A program made the position numbers and the translations under genes. This document shows, piece after piece, positions 56,130 to 64,000 of a stretch of 64,000 nucleotides of DNA (positions within the stretch are counted from its first letter, which is position 1; every line of letters starts with the position of its first letter). Origin of the DNA: Lachnospiraceae bacterium (lineage in GTDB: Bacteria; Bacillota; Clostridia; Lachnospirales; Lachnospiraceae); assembly GCA_900771955.1 (NCBI GenBank), contig CAAGPW010000167.1, positions 15,951-79,950 on the forward strand, written 5' to 3'. The notes beneath the pieces are model-generated. The model worked only from the letters and a program-made list of their open reading frames with translations, searched no databases and was not told the DNA's origin.

Positions 56130-58622
56130 TCAGGTACATTCCAATATCATACCACAACCGACCTGCTTATGTTCTGTAAAAAGATTCCATTCTACCCGGT
56201 ATTCCCCCGGCTCCTCCGGCAGCATAAGCAGTGCCTCCAGCAGGGTATCTCCGGTATGAAATCTGGCTGTTCCGATCGTTCCGACCATACGGTCCCCCTG
56301 ATACACTTCCCAGGTCAGCCTCCATTCTGTTCCCAGCTCTGCCCCTGGGGTTCTCTCCGGTGCCAGATAATTTTTCCAGTCCTGCAACAGGATCCGGATC
56401 TCCTGTCTCACGAAATCCCCCGCAGGGAGCGTGAGTTTTTCCGGCACAATCACTTTGGGATCGCCGCCATCCTCCTGCCGGGTCACAGCAAATACCGGCT
56501 CCTCACCATAAGTTTCCCGGTATTCCTCCTGCCATTTTGCATATTGCTGTCTGCATGCCGCATGTTTCTCTTCTGCCCTGTGCACTCTGCGTTCTTTTTC
56601 CATACTCTCCGTCAGTGACTGCTCACCAAAATCCCGGTGCAGCCCCGCGAACTGGCCTTTTCTTCCATACGGGGTGATTTCCTCATAGACCCCCTCATAA
56701 TAATTTTCAAACATTGCTTCGGGACGTTTTACGATTCCTTCCCAGTCCTCCGGATAGCCCGGCCAGTTGAGCACGGCATAGGGCTCTATGCGGATCAGTT
56801 CCGGATATTCCGCCAGTACATAATTAAAATATCCGTTCCACTCGCTGGCGGCGCAGTCTTTTTCGATCTCCGGATATCTGTCCAGCAGTTCCCGGTAGAT
56901 TCTGCGGTCCATGACCTGTGGCATATGCGAGTCAAAGATATAGGTCGGATAATTGTGAGTTGTTGTAAAATCCCTCGCCCGGAACATCAGCCGGTCAAAG
57001 GGTACATAGCTGCCCTGGGCGCCTCTCCATTTCACCAGATCATGACAGTATCTTCCGATATATTTTCCGTCCCGGATATAATACTCCTGGGTGACAGGAT
57101 ACAGCGGTCTGTAATCATCATCTCCCATAAGAAATACATCCTGCAGTTCCTCTCTCCGCAGCAGCCTTGCCCGCAGGAACAGATTGCGGACGGAATGATC
57201 AGCCGGCAGCTCGGATCCCGCCAGCAGCATGGCATCCGTGATAAAAGTGATCTTCAGCCGTCCTCTGTAATTCTCTCTGACTTCCTCCATGGTAAAATCC
57301 GGGCATGCCAGCACCAGTTCCGTGATAAACGGCATATAATGTTCCATATAAGGAAGACTTGCCAGCAGATCATCTGCTCTCGCTGTCAGGATCACAAGCT
57401 GGGCCAATTTCTCCGGAGCGCAGGCAGTATAAAGTGCCTTTTTCCCAAACGTATCATAAATGGCATCCGCGATCTTCCGTCCGCACTCCTGCCAGGTATT
57501 GGGATGATACTTCTCCAGCCGCTGTTTCCACTCCCTGTATTTCTCCGGGTGGTTCCGGTATTTTTCCACACATGCGGTAAATTCTTCCGGTTTCCGGGGA
57601 TCGATATATTCACACCATTCTCCGCCCACCTCCTGCAGAACCGGATGTTTGGAGGTGATCACGGGAATTCCTCTGGCACAGGCTTCTGCCACCGGAAGTC
57701 CATACCCTTCCGCAAAGCTGGGAAATGCCAGCAGATAACTGTGGCTATATAACAGAGCAATCTCTGCATCCGTGGCTTTTTCAATGAAAAACAGTTTTTT
57801 CCCAAGCTCCGGATGATTTCTTATCCTCTGCTCCAGATCGCCGATATTCCATCCGATCTTGCCCGCAATTATGAGATTCATTCCCTCGGAAAACAATTTG
57901 TCATCAAAAGCATCCAGTACTGATCTATGATTTTTCCGTGCTTCCACAGTTCCCACCATCAGAACGTAGTCCCGGCTCTCCGCCGCTTCCCGGACCTCTC
58001 TGCGGATCCTGTCCGGTGCATTTAGCGGATGTGCGAAATCCATACCCAGTGCAGCCACCGCACAGGAAATCTGTCTGTGCACGCCGACCTTCTCCATGGC
58101 CTCCTGCATGTATGTGATATTCGCCTGTGTGGAGGAGATCAGCAGATCCGCACAGTGCATCACTGCATCCAGATATCCCAGAAAGTCCATCGTTGTCTGT
58201 GCATCTACATACCGTGGCCACAGAAGCGGAATAATATCGTGGAAAAATACTGCGATCTTTAGTCCACGGTTTTTTAATAACGGATAGAGATCCATTCTCT
58301 TCCAGGGGGCATGCCACACACTGTCCATGTCCAGAAAGATCTCGCCCGGCTCCATATCCTCAATGCCATAGCTTTTTTCTCTGCGTATTTCGTCCCGGGA
58401 AATCGTTTCCTCCAGAAAACACCGCCGGAAGTCTTCTCCCCGCAGTGCTGCAAAGGTCTGTTCCTCCGGCAGATATTTTAGCAGTACCAGTTCCATGTCC
58501 TGCTCACAAAGCAGAAAAAGTGCGATCTCCCGCACCACTCTCTGAATTCCGGTAATGAAATTGACCTGCATGAGGTTCGTCACATCCATGTATACTTTAC
58601 GGTCTTTGTTCCATTTTTCCAT
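56130..58622 (-). CDS. Multidomain glycosyltransferase (N-terminal GT4 domain plus a C-terminal DxD-containing domain).
   Basis: FITGIQRVVREIA, EGYGLPVAEACARGIPVI and FLMGDDDYRPL. 830 aa. Confidence 0.65.
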   Translation of the reverse strand: MEKWNKDRKVYMDVTNLMQVNFITGIQRVVREIALFLLCEQDMELVLLKYLPEEQTFAALRGEDFRRCFLEETISRDEIRREKSYGIEDMEPGEIFLDMDSVWHAPWKRMDLYPLLKNRGLKIAVFFHDIIPLLWPRYVDAQTTMDFLGYLDAVMHCADLLISSTQANITYMQEAMEKVGVHRQISCAVAALGMDFAHPLNAPDRIRREVREAAESRDYVLMVGTVEARKNHRSVLDAFDDKLFSEGMNLIIAGKIGWNIGDLEQRIRNHPELGKKLFFIEKATDAEIALLYSHSYLLAFPSFAEGYGLPVAEACARGIPVITSKHPVLQEVGGEWCEYIDPRKPEEFTACVEKYRNHPEKYREWKQRLEKYHPNTWQECGRKIADAIYDTFGKKALYTACAPEKLAQLVILTARADDLLASLPYMEHYMPFITELVLACPDFTMEEVRENYRGRLKITFITDAMLLAGSELPADHSVRNLFLRARLLRREELQDVFLMGDDDYRPLYPVTQEYYIRDGKYIGRYCHDLVKWRGAQGSYVPFDRLMFRARDFTTTHNYPTYIFDSHMPQVMDRRIYRELLDRYPEIEKDCAASEWNGYFNYVLAEYPELIRIEPYAVLNWPGYPEDWEGIVKRPEAMFENYYEGVYEEITPYGRKGQFAGLHRDFGEQSLTESMEKERRVHRAEEKHAACRQQYAKWQEEYRETYGEEPVFAVTRQEDGGDPKVIVPEKLTLPAGDFVRQEIRILLQDWKNYLAPERTPGAELGTEWRLTWEVYQGDRMVGTIGTARFHTGDTLLEALLMLPEEPGEYRVEWNLFTEHKQVGCGMILECT

Positions 58623-58659
58623 GCGTTTTCTCCTGTCATTACAGTCTGCTTCCGCAGTA

Positions 58660-59166
58660 TCAGCGAATCAGAAATTTCATTGCCATCTCTTTCAACGGCT
58701 TTTTGATGCTCAACGGAAGCATCCTTCCAAGTCCGTATCCGGCATACAGGATTCGTTGCTTTATAGTCTTTCGTGCCCTGGGCTGTCGGTTCTGTGCGGT
58801 ATAAACATCATTCACGATGCGGATCCCGCGCCGCTGTACATCCGGCAGACTTTTCAGACTTTCCATTACGCTCCGGCGGAATTCCCACGGTGTCTGGTCT
58901 TGGCGTTCCTTCCAGTTGGCAAGAACTCTCTGATCCGGAAGCGTCCCCAGCAGTGTATAATATGCCATCGTGAGAAATTCCATATTGTCTGCTCCGAGAG
59001 TATCCTGCAGGTCAAACACGCCGGGGCGGCAGCTATTGCGATAGATCAGAAAGCGGTCTGTCAGAAGCTCCGGTCTGTCATATCCGTTTTCTTCCGCCAG
59101 GCCATTCAGTTTTTCCAGTGTAACAAACATTTCTTTTTGTTTTGCTGTATATTCTTTTTCCTGCAT
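58660..59166 (-). CDS. Small cytoplasmic protein with a DUF4214-like half-domain.
   Basis: No signal peptide. FLTMAYYTLLGTLPDQRVLANW...FRRSVMESL pattern. Confidence 0.4.
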   Translation of the reverse strand: MQEKEYTAKQKEMFVTLEKLNGLAEENGYDRPELLTDRFLIYRNSCRPGVFDLQDTLGADNMEFLTMAYYTLLGTLPDQRVLANWKERQDQTPWEFRRSVMESLKSLPDVQRRGIRIVNDVYTAQNRQPRARKTIKQRILYAGYGLGRMLPLSIKKPLKEMAMKFLIR

Positions 59167-59188
59167 GCCCCATCACCTCTGTCCTTCC

Positions 59189-60340
59189 TTATGCTTCCAG
59201 CACTTCCTGCATCTGTCTGCTGCAGTCTTCCCAGGTTACCGGCCGGTATTCCGCCAGCCTTACTTTCCAAGCATCATATTCCCGGCAATCGGCAGTGTAA
59301 TGTTCTACGATCCGGCAGAGTGCCTGCGCATCATCCTGTGGAAACCACCGGGGATAGTCTCCTCCCACTTCTCTGGATACCGGAATATCCGCCGCGATCA
59401 CAGGGGTTCCTCTCAGAATCGACTCTATGATCGGAAGTCCAAAGCCTTCTGTATAACTGCAAAATGCCAGAAATTTTGCATTCTGGTATAAATACGTGAT
59501 TCCCTTATCATCTAATCCTTCAAAATGGAAGATCCCTTTTCCGAAATCCGGATGCTTTTTTAATTGCTCTTCGAATGTTTCCATATTCCATCCCATGTAT
59601 CCTGCAAAGATCACATGGTAGCCCAACTGTTTCAGGCCCTTCTCATACGCTTCCAGCACCAGCTTATGATTCTTTCTCGGCTCGATCGTACCCACCATCA
59701 AAACATAGGGTCCCGACTGCACCGCCAGCTTTAATTCTTCCGGAACCTGCTCCTCTGTCACCTCTGCCTTTCTGGAAAAATCAGCTCCCAGAGGAACCAC
59801 ATGGCAGGCCGGAAGTGCTATCTGCAACTGATCCGCCAGCTTCTGCAATTCCGTCACGGTTGCCTGTGCATTCACAATAATGTCATCCGCATATTGCAGG
59901 TGTGCCCCTACAAAATCCATGAAATTGTATACACCACGTTCCAGACAGTACTGCGGATGCGTCACGGAGATGATGTCATAAATATGTGCCACGATCCTGA
60001 CTCCCTGCTTTTTCAGTATCGGCAGTAACCAGCTTCTTTTCACCCTGCACATCCACGCCGCATCCAGATCAAAAAACACACTTCCCTCTTTCATCTCGGA
60101 AAGCTCTATCTTTTGCCCGGTAATCATTTTATTTTTTACACCGGTCCCATGACGATAGTATTCGCTGAACATGGTATTGTCGATTCTATGGTAGACATTG
60201 TCTCTGGCGTTGTAGTGCAGCAGCACAACATCCTCTTTTTTTGTCTCCAGCAGGCGGATAATGATTTCCCTGGTCACTCGCTGGATTCCCGTTACAAAGG
60301 TAGCCAGTGTCAGGACACTGACATCTATATATATTTTCAT
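59189..60340 (-). CDS. GT4 glycosyltransferase.
   Basis: MKIYIDVSVLTLATFVTGIQRVTREI and EGFGLPIIESILRGTPVI. RBS AAAGGTG lies upstream of the ATG at 60340. The ORF track starts further upstream. Confidence 0.7.
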   Translation of the reverse strand: MKIYIDVSVLTLATFVTGIQRVTREIIIRLLETKKEDVVLLHYNARDNVYHRIDNTMFSEYYRHGTGVKNKMITGQKIELSEMKEGSVFFDLDAAWMCRVKRSWLLPILKKQGVRIVAHIYDIISVTHPQYCLERGVYNFMDFVGAHLQYADDIIVNAQATVTELQKLADQLQIALPACHVVPLGADFSRKAEVTEEQVPEELKLAVQSGPYVLMVGTIEPRKNHKLVLEAYEKGLKQLGYHVIFAGYMGWNMETFEEQLKKHPDFGKGIFHFEGLDDKGITYLYQNAKFLAFCSYTEGFGLPIIESILRGTPVIAADIPVSREVGGDYPRWFPQDDAQALCRIVEHYTADCREYDAWKVRLAEYRPVTWEDCSRQMQEVLEA

Positions 60341-60822
60341 AGGAACACCTTTCTGATGATCTGTTGTATGGGATCCGGCAGCTTCTTGCCAAACTCTCTG
60401 AGATTGGATTTGTCCGTCAGTCCGTAAAGCACTCCCAGCGTCTTGTACCGCAGTCCCCTTTTCTGTACAAAATAGGGATTGTCCTCCAGTCGGATATGGT
60501 TGATTGCCACCACACTGGAACCTGCCAGGCATTGCAGTACCTCCCGCTGGAATGTCTCCTTCGGAAGGACATACTTTTCTTCCCAGAACTTCCGGGTGCG
60601 CTCGTCCGGCAGCCGTTTTAATGCTGCCACATACATTGCTTCCATAAACTCTTCATTGGGCAGCCCCAGATATTTTGACACAGTAATATCCTGCGGATGC
60701 GACATCACATCACATAGGAAAGTACTTTTTCCATATCCGAACTGTTTTCCGGCAGCTTTCATATTGTCAGCCACTACATCATAAATTCCTGCATATACCT
60801 CTGCTTCTCTGCTTTCAGGCAT
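60337..60822 (-). CDS. Small cytoplasmic protein with a DUF4214-like half-domain. Its stop overlaps the downstream GT4 start (ATGA).
   Basis: EEFMEAMYVAALKRLPDERTRKFWEE...FQREVLQCL pattern. Confidence 0.4.
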   Translation of the reverse strand: MPESREAEVYAGIYDVVADNMKAAGKQFGYGKSTFLCDVMSHPQDITVSKYLGLPNEEFMEAMYVAALKRLPDERTRKFWEEKYVLPKETFQREVLQCLAGSSVVAINHIRLEDNPYFVQKRGLRYKTLGVLYGLTDKSNLREFGKKLPDPIQQIIRKVFL

Positions 60823-60914
60823 TGTTTTTCTCCTGCATCTGTTTCTCCTGATTTTCCGGTTGCTTCCTCTGGATTGTTTTAGTATATAACGATTCCTCTG
60901 CTATTGCAAACTGC

Positions 60915-62024
60915 TCAGACTCCTGCTGCCTCCGCAAGCACTTTGAGATACCCCGCTGTCACAGCAGCAAGATCATATTCCGGGAAATCTTCCACCTTTT
61001 CCGGCCGTTGCAACGCTTCTTCTACTCTCTGGTTCCACTCCTCGGGGTCAAACGGATCATCAACATAAACTGCCTTCCCCTTTGTGATCTCTCTCAGACA
61101 GGTGCGGTCCGTCATTACCACGTTCTTTCCCTTGCGCATGGCTTCGATGGGCGGCATTCCGAAGCCCTCGAAGATGCTGGGGAACAGGAAGACATCGCAG
61201 TTCTCATACAGGCAGTCTCTCTCTTCATCCGATACAAAGCCGGTAAACACCAACATTTCCTTTATATCCAGACTGGCTACCAGTTCCTGCATCTTACTGT
61301 CGTCCCCCCCTACTCCGCTAAGGACGAGTTTTTCTTCCGTTTCACCTCTTTGTTTGCGCAGCTGCATCATTTTCAGGACTGTCGACAGATTTTTATGAGG
61401 CAGCATGGAGCTTACACAGTAGAAATATTTTCCCGGTTCGAGGTCGAATTTTTCAGCCAGCCGGGAAAATGGGATCTCCGATTGCCTGCTCAGGATGGGA
61501 TCGTATATCGTTACCAGTTTATCTGCTGCAAAGGGATACTGTTTTGCAATATCTTCTTTCACGAAATCCGAGATTGCTATGATCTTTTCCGATGTGCGGC
61601 AGGTCTTTCTCCATGCGTATTTTAAGAACAGCCTTTTGACGGCAGAAAAATATTGGGGATAATGAAGAGCCTGAAGATCATGGATCACACTTACATACGG
61701 AATTTTGCTGTGTGCCGTAGGTTTGCTGTATACAGGGATCAACATAGCATCTACCCGTTCGCTTACCGCCGTTTTATCGAGATGCAGATTCTCCCACAGG
61801 ATTCTTTTGGCCGGATTCGCACAATCCATGGGGCATACATGTATTTTTACACAAGAATGTTCCGTATAATGTTGAAAGCTTTCCGCATTGTCCCTGGCCA
61901 CAAGCAGGACATATTCATGTTGTGGGGCATATTGGGTAAAGCCATCCAGCAGATTCCGGACGACACTCTCCGTTCCTCCGCAGATTCCTACGCGGACCCA
62001 TAGCAGATCAATTCCTATTCTCAT
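60915..62024 (-). CDS. GT4 glycosyltransferase.
   Basis: MRIGIDLLWVRVGICGGTESVVRNL and EGFGMPPIEAMRKGKNVV. Confidence 0.75.
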   Translation of the reverse strand: MRIGIDLLWVRVGICGGTESVVRNLLDGFTQYAPQHEYVLLVARDNAESFQHYTEHSCVKIHVCPMDCANPAKRILWENLHLDKTAVSERVDAMLIPVYSKPTAHSKIPYVSVIHDLQALHYPQYFSAVKRLFLKYAWRKTCRTSEKIIAISDFVKEDIAKQYPFAADKLVTIYDPILSRQSEIPFSRLAEKFDLEPGKYFYCVSSMLPHKNLSTVLKMMQLRKQRGETEEKLVLSGVGGDDSKMQELVASLDIKEMLVFTGFVSDEERDCLYENCDVFLFPSIFEGFGMPPIEAMRKGKNVVMTDRTCLREITKGKAVYVDDPFDPEEWNQRVEEALQRPEKVEDFPEYDLAAVTAGYLKVLAEAAGV

Positions 62025-62046
62025 TGCTCTTTTCCTTCTCTGATCT

Positions 62047-63765
62047 TCATAAGTCGGGTGCCATCGTTTTCTCCGCTACCACCCTGCACCTCTTCTTGCA
62101 GAATGCGATTCCATACAGCAGAATATCCTGTCTGTCATCGTTTTGCAGGTATTCCTGATATCTTCTGTCCCTGATCTGCTCCAGAGCCTTCCTGCAGGCC
62201 TGTTCCATCTCCCGGAATTCTTTCACATACTTCAATTCCACCACTACACCGGCATCGGGATCATCCGTTTCCACAATAATATCCGCAAACCCTTCTCCTG
62301 CTTCCACGTTGGACTTTACCAGCCAGCCAGCATTTCCTGTTAAAATGCCTACCAAGAGATTATGGTAAGAACTTTCTTTCTCTTCCTTTCTGGCTTTCGT
62401 ATCAAATACGCTGACAGAATTACTCAGTACCTTATTCAGATACTTTTCCATAATTTCCGTATTTCCCTCTTCAAAAGCCTTCCAGAAGGCCTGCAGCTGT
62501 TCTGTATTCGAGAAGATAGACCGTTTAAACCATTCCTGTATCTGCAGTCGGAATACCTCTCTGACTTCTTTGTTGGGAATAAGCAGTCGGTAGGCACCGT
62601 CTTCACCAATTCCGGTATAGGTCAGATATCCGGTAGTAAATAATACGCTCCACAAATTATCAATGCTGCTGTCGATCTCATCGTAGGTAAGATCCAGGCG
62701 GATCTGCTTTTCTATGGCCTCTCCTGCAATCAGCCTCTCGATTTCGTTTCTGGTCGTTTTACCGGCTTTATCAACAAATCTCTTTACCAGATCATTTCCA
62801 CTGGTGTTGATCCAGTAGGCCTCCGGTCTGGCATCAGGATCATCCTTGATCCGGTCCACATGGTTGATCACGTCCCACGGGCAATAGACATCCACGTTAC
62901 CAAAACGGTATCCGTCATACCATTCTTTTGTCTCGGAAAAGCGGTTTCCCACATGATAATAAGTCAGTAGTTTCTTCACCTCTTCATCTGTAAATCCAAA
63001 CTGTTCCTCAAATCTGGTATCGGTAATAGATAATATCTTAAAGTTATTCAGTCCTGTAAAGATGCTTTCTTTGGACACACGAAGGCAGCCGGTTAATACT
63101 GCAAATTCCAATGCATCGTTGGTCTTTAATGCTTTTCCAAACATGGCACGCATCAGAGCTACCATTTCTCTATAGTATCCGTGTTGGAAAGCCTTATCTA
63201 AAGGCACATCGTATTCATCAATCAGAATGACCGTTTTCTTTCCATAATGCTTATATAAAAGTCTGGAAAGTATATGCAGGGAAGCATATAGCGTATTATC
63301 TTCCATAACATATTGTCCGCCATTCATTTTGCATAAGGAACAATAGGTTTCTCTGTCATAGGCGTCCAGTGCATCGCTGTTCTGCAAAAACGGGAATCTT
63401 CTTGCCTCTGTACCAATCAGTTCCGCCATCTGATATTTTGCCGTCTCAAAATCCAGTCCCTCTCCATTCTTAAACGATAAAAAGATCACCGGATACTTTC
63501 CCATATGTTCATCGCACAGTTGCTTATTACCTGAAATATACAACCCGTCAAACAATGCAGCATCTGCGCCGATTTCAAAGAAGGACTTCAGCATGCTCAT
63601 ATTGAGTGTTTTCCCAAAGCGGCGGGGACGTGTAAAAAGATTGACCTCCCCCCAATTAGAAAACAGTTGTTCAATCAGTCTGGTCTTATCAATATAATAG
63701 AACCCATTTCTACGAATTTTTTCAAAATTATCAATCCCAACCGGTAACTTCATGGATTCGTTCAC
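62047..63765 (-). CDS. AAA-ATPase_like (PF09820) plus PD-(D/E)xK (DUF1703) family protein.
   Basis: N-terminus LPVGIDNFEKIRRNGFYYIDKTRLIEQL and FTRPRRFGKTLNMSML. C-terminal ...VVELKYVK... nuclease-like core. Confidence 0.7.
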   Translation of the reverse strand: MNESMKLPVGIDNFEKIRRNGFYYIDKTRLIEQLFSNWGEVNLFTRPRRFGKTLNMSMLKSFFEIGADAALFDGLYISGNKQLCDEHMGKYPVIFLSFKNGEGLDFETAKYQMAELIGTEARRFPFLQNSDALDAYDRETYCSLCKMNGGQYVMEDNTLYASLHILSRLLYKHYGKKTVILIDEYDVPLDKAFQHGYYREMVALMRAMFGKALKTNDALEFAVLTGCLRVSKESIFTGLNNFKILSITDTRFEEQFGFTDEEVKKLLTYYHVGNRFSETKEWYDGYRFGNVDVYCPWDVINHVDRIKDDPDARPEAYWINTSGNDLVKRFVDKAGKTTRNEIERLIAGEAIEKQIRLDLTYDEIDSSIDNLWSVLFTTGYLTYTGIGEDGAYRLLIPNKEVREVFRLQIQEWFKRSIFSNTEQLQAFWKAFEEGNTEIMEKYLNKVLSNSVSVFDTKARKEEKESSYHNLLVGILTGNAGWLVKSNVEAGEGFADIIVETDDPDAGVVVELKYVKEFREMEQACRKALEQIRDRRYQEYLQNDDRQDILLYGIAFCKKRCRVVAEKTMAPDL

Positions 63766-64000
63766 ACCATCTGCCCTCCTTTTAAGAAATTATAGAATTT
63801 ATTCATTAAATAAGCATCCCTTAACGCCAACGGAGCCTTATTAAATAATGATTTTAATTCATCTCAATTTATCATAGTTAGCCACTCCTCCCATAAGCAT
63901 TCTTCCGAAAACGCAATTTTCAATTACATTATAAGGAAATAGTAACATTTCTCCTATATTTGTCAACGCTTTTTATATCTCCTAAATTCCATAGACAAAT

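Noticed and set aside
56637-57752. 371-aa plus-strand ORF antisense to the 830-aa glycosyltransferase.
   Set aside because: Antisense shadow ORF in a GC-rich gene. No start context.
59189-60532. 64-aa N-terminal extension of the GT4 in the ORF track.
   Set aside because: The extension overlaps the upstream small gene. The internal ATG at 60340 has an RBS and gives the MKIYIDV start typical of GT4 enzymes.

Overview
The window is about 50% GC and looks like a Clostridia-type genome (probably Lachnospiraceae-like; this is a guess from gene content). It is dominated by a large cell-envelope glycopolymer locus and contains the following, in order. (1) A sharply AT-rich cassette of about 4.4 kb (about 1000-5425). 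It is bounded by two copies of a 24-bp palindrome. It carries a GT2 glycosyltransferase and a 1068-aa STAND-type P-loop NTPase with a possible N-terminal nuclease-like domain, with a SIR2_2-domain protein immediately next door. Together these form a candidate antiphage defense island. (2) An O-antigen-ligase-like membrane protein, an XRE regulator and a surface zinc metalloprotease with a Thr/Pro-rich tandem-repeat stalk. (3) A decayed region in which a GtrB-like GT2 fragment, a fragmented IS1182-family transposase and a nonsense-mutated 5' piece of glf lie side by side. (4) A GDP-mannose to GDP-6-deoxyhexose module (manC, gmd, rmd-like) with an AraC regulator and desulfoferrodoxin. (5) A Wzx/Wzy-type locus with a complete CDP-4-keto-3,6-dideoxyhexose pathway (rfbF, rfbG, rfbH) plus a TPP-dependent enzyme and an SDR reductase, which suggests a branched, yersiniose-like sugar. 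This locus also has GT2, GT8 and DUF4422 proteins, a flippase, a very AT-rich Wzy-like gene and glf. (6) An ABC-transporter (Wzm/Wzt-like) glycopolymer locus with many GT4 enzymes, each preceded by a small translationally coupled accessory protein. (7) At least six secreted or membrane proteins whose different N-terminal enzymatic domains (beta-helix, papain-like C1 peptidase, glucosaminidase-like, GT-C membrane protein) are fused to C-terminal DUF4214-like repeat pairs. No rRNA, tRNA or CRISPR was seen. All functional calls rest on motif-level reading of the translated ORFs and on sequence inspection, not on database searches.
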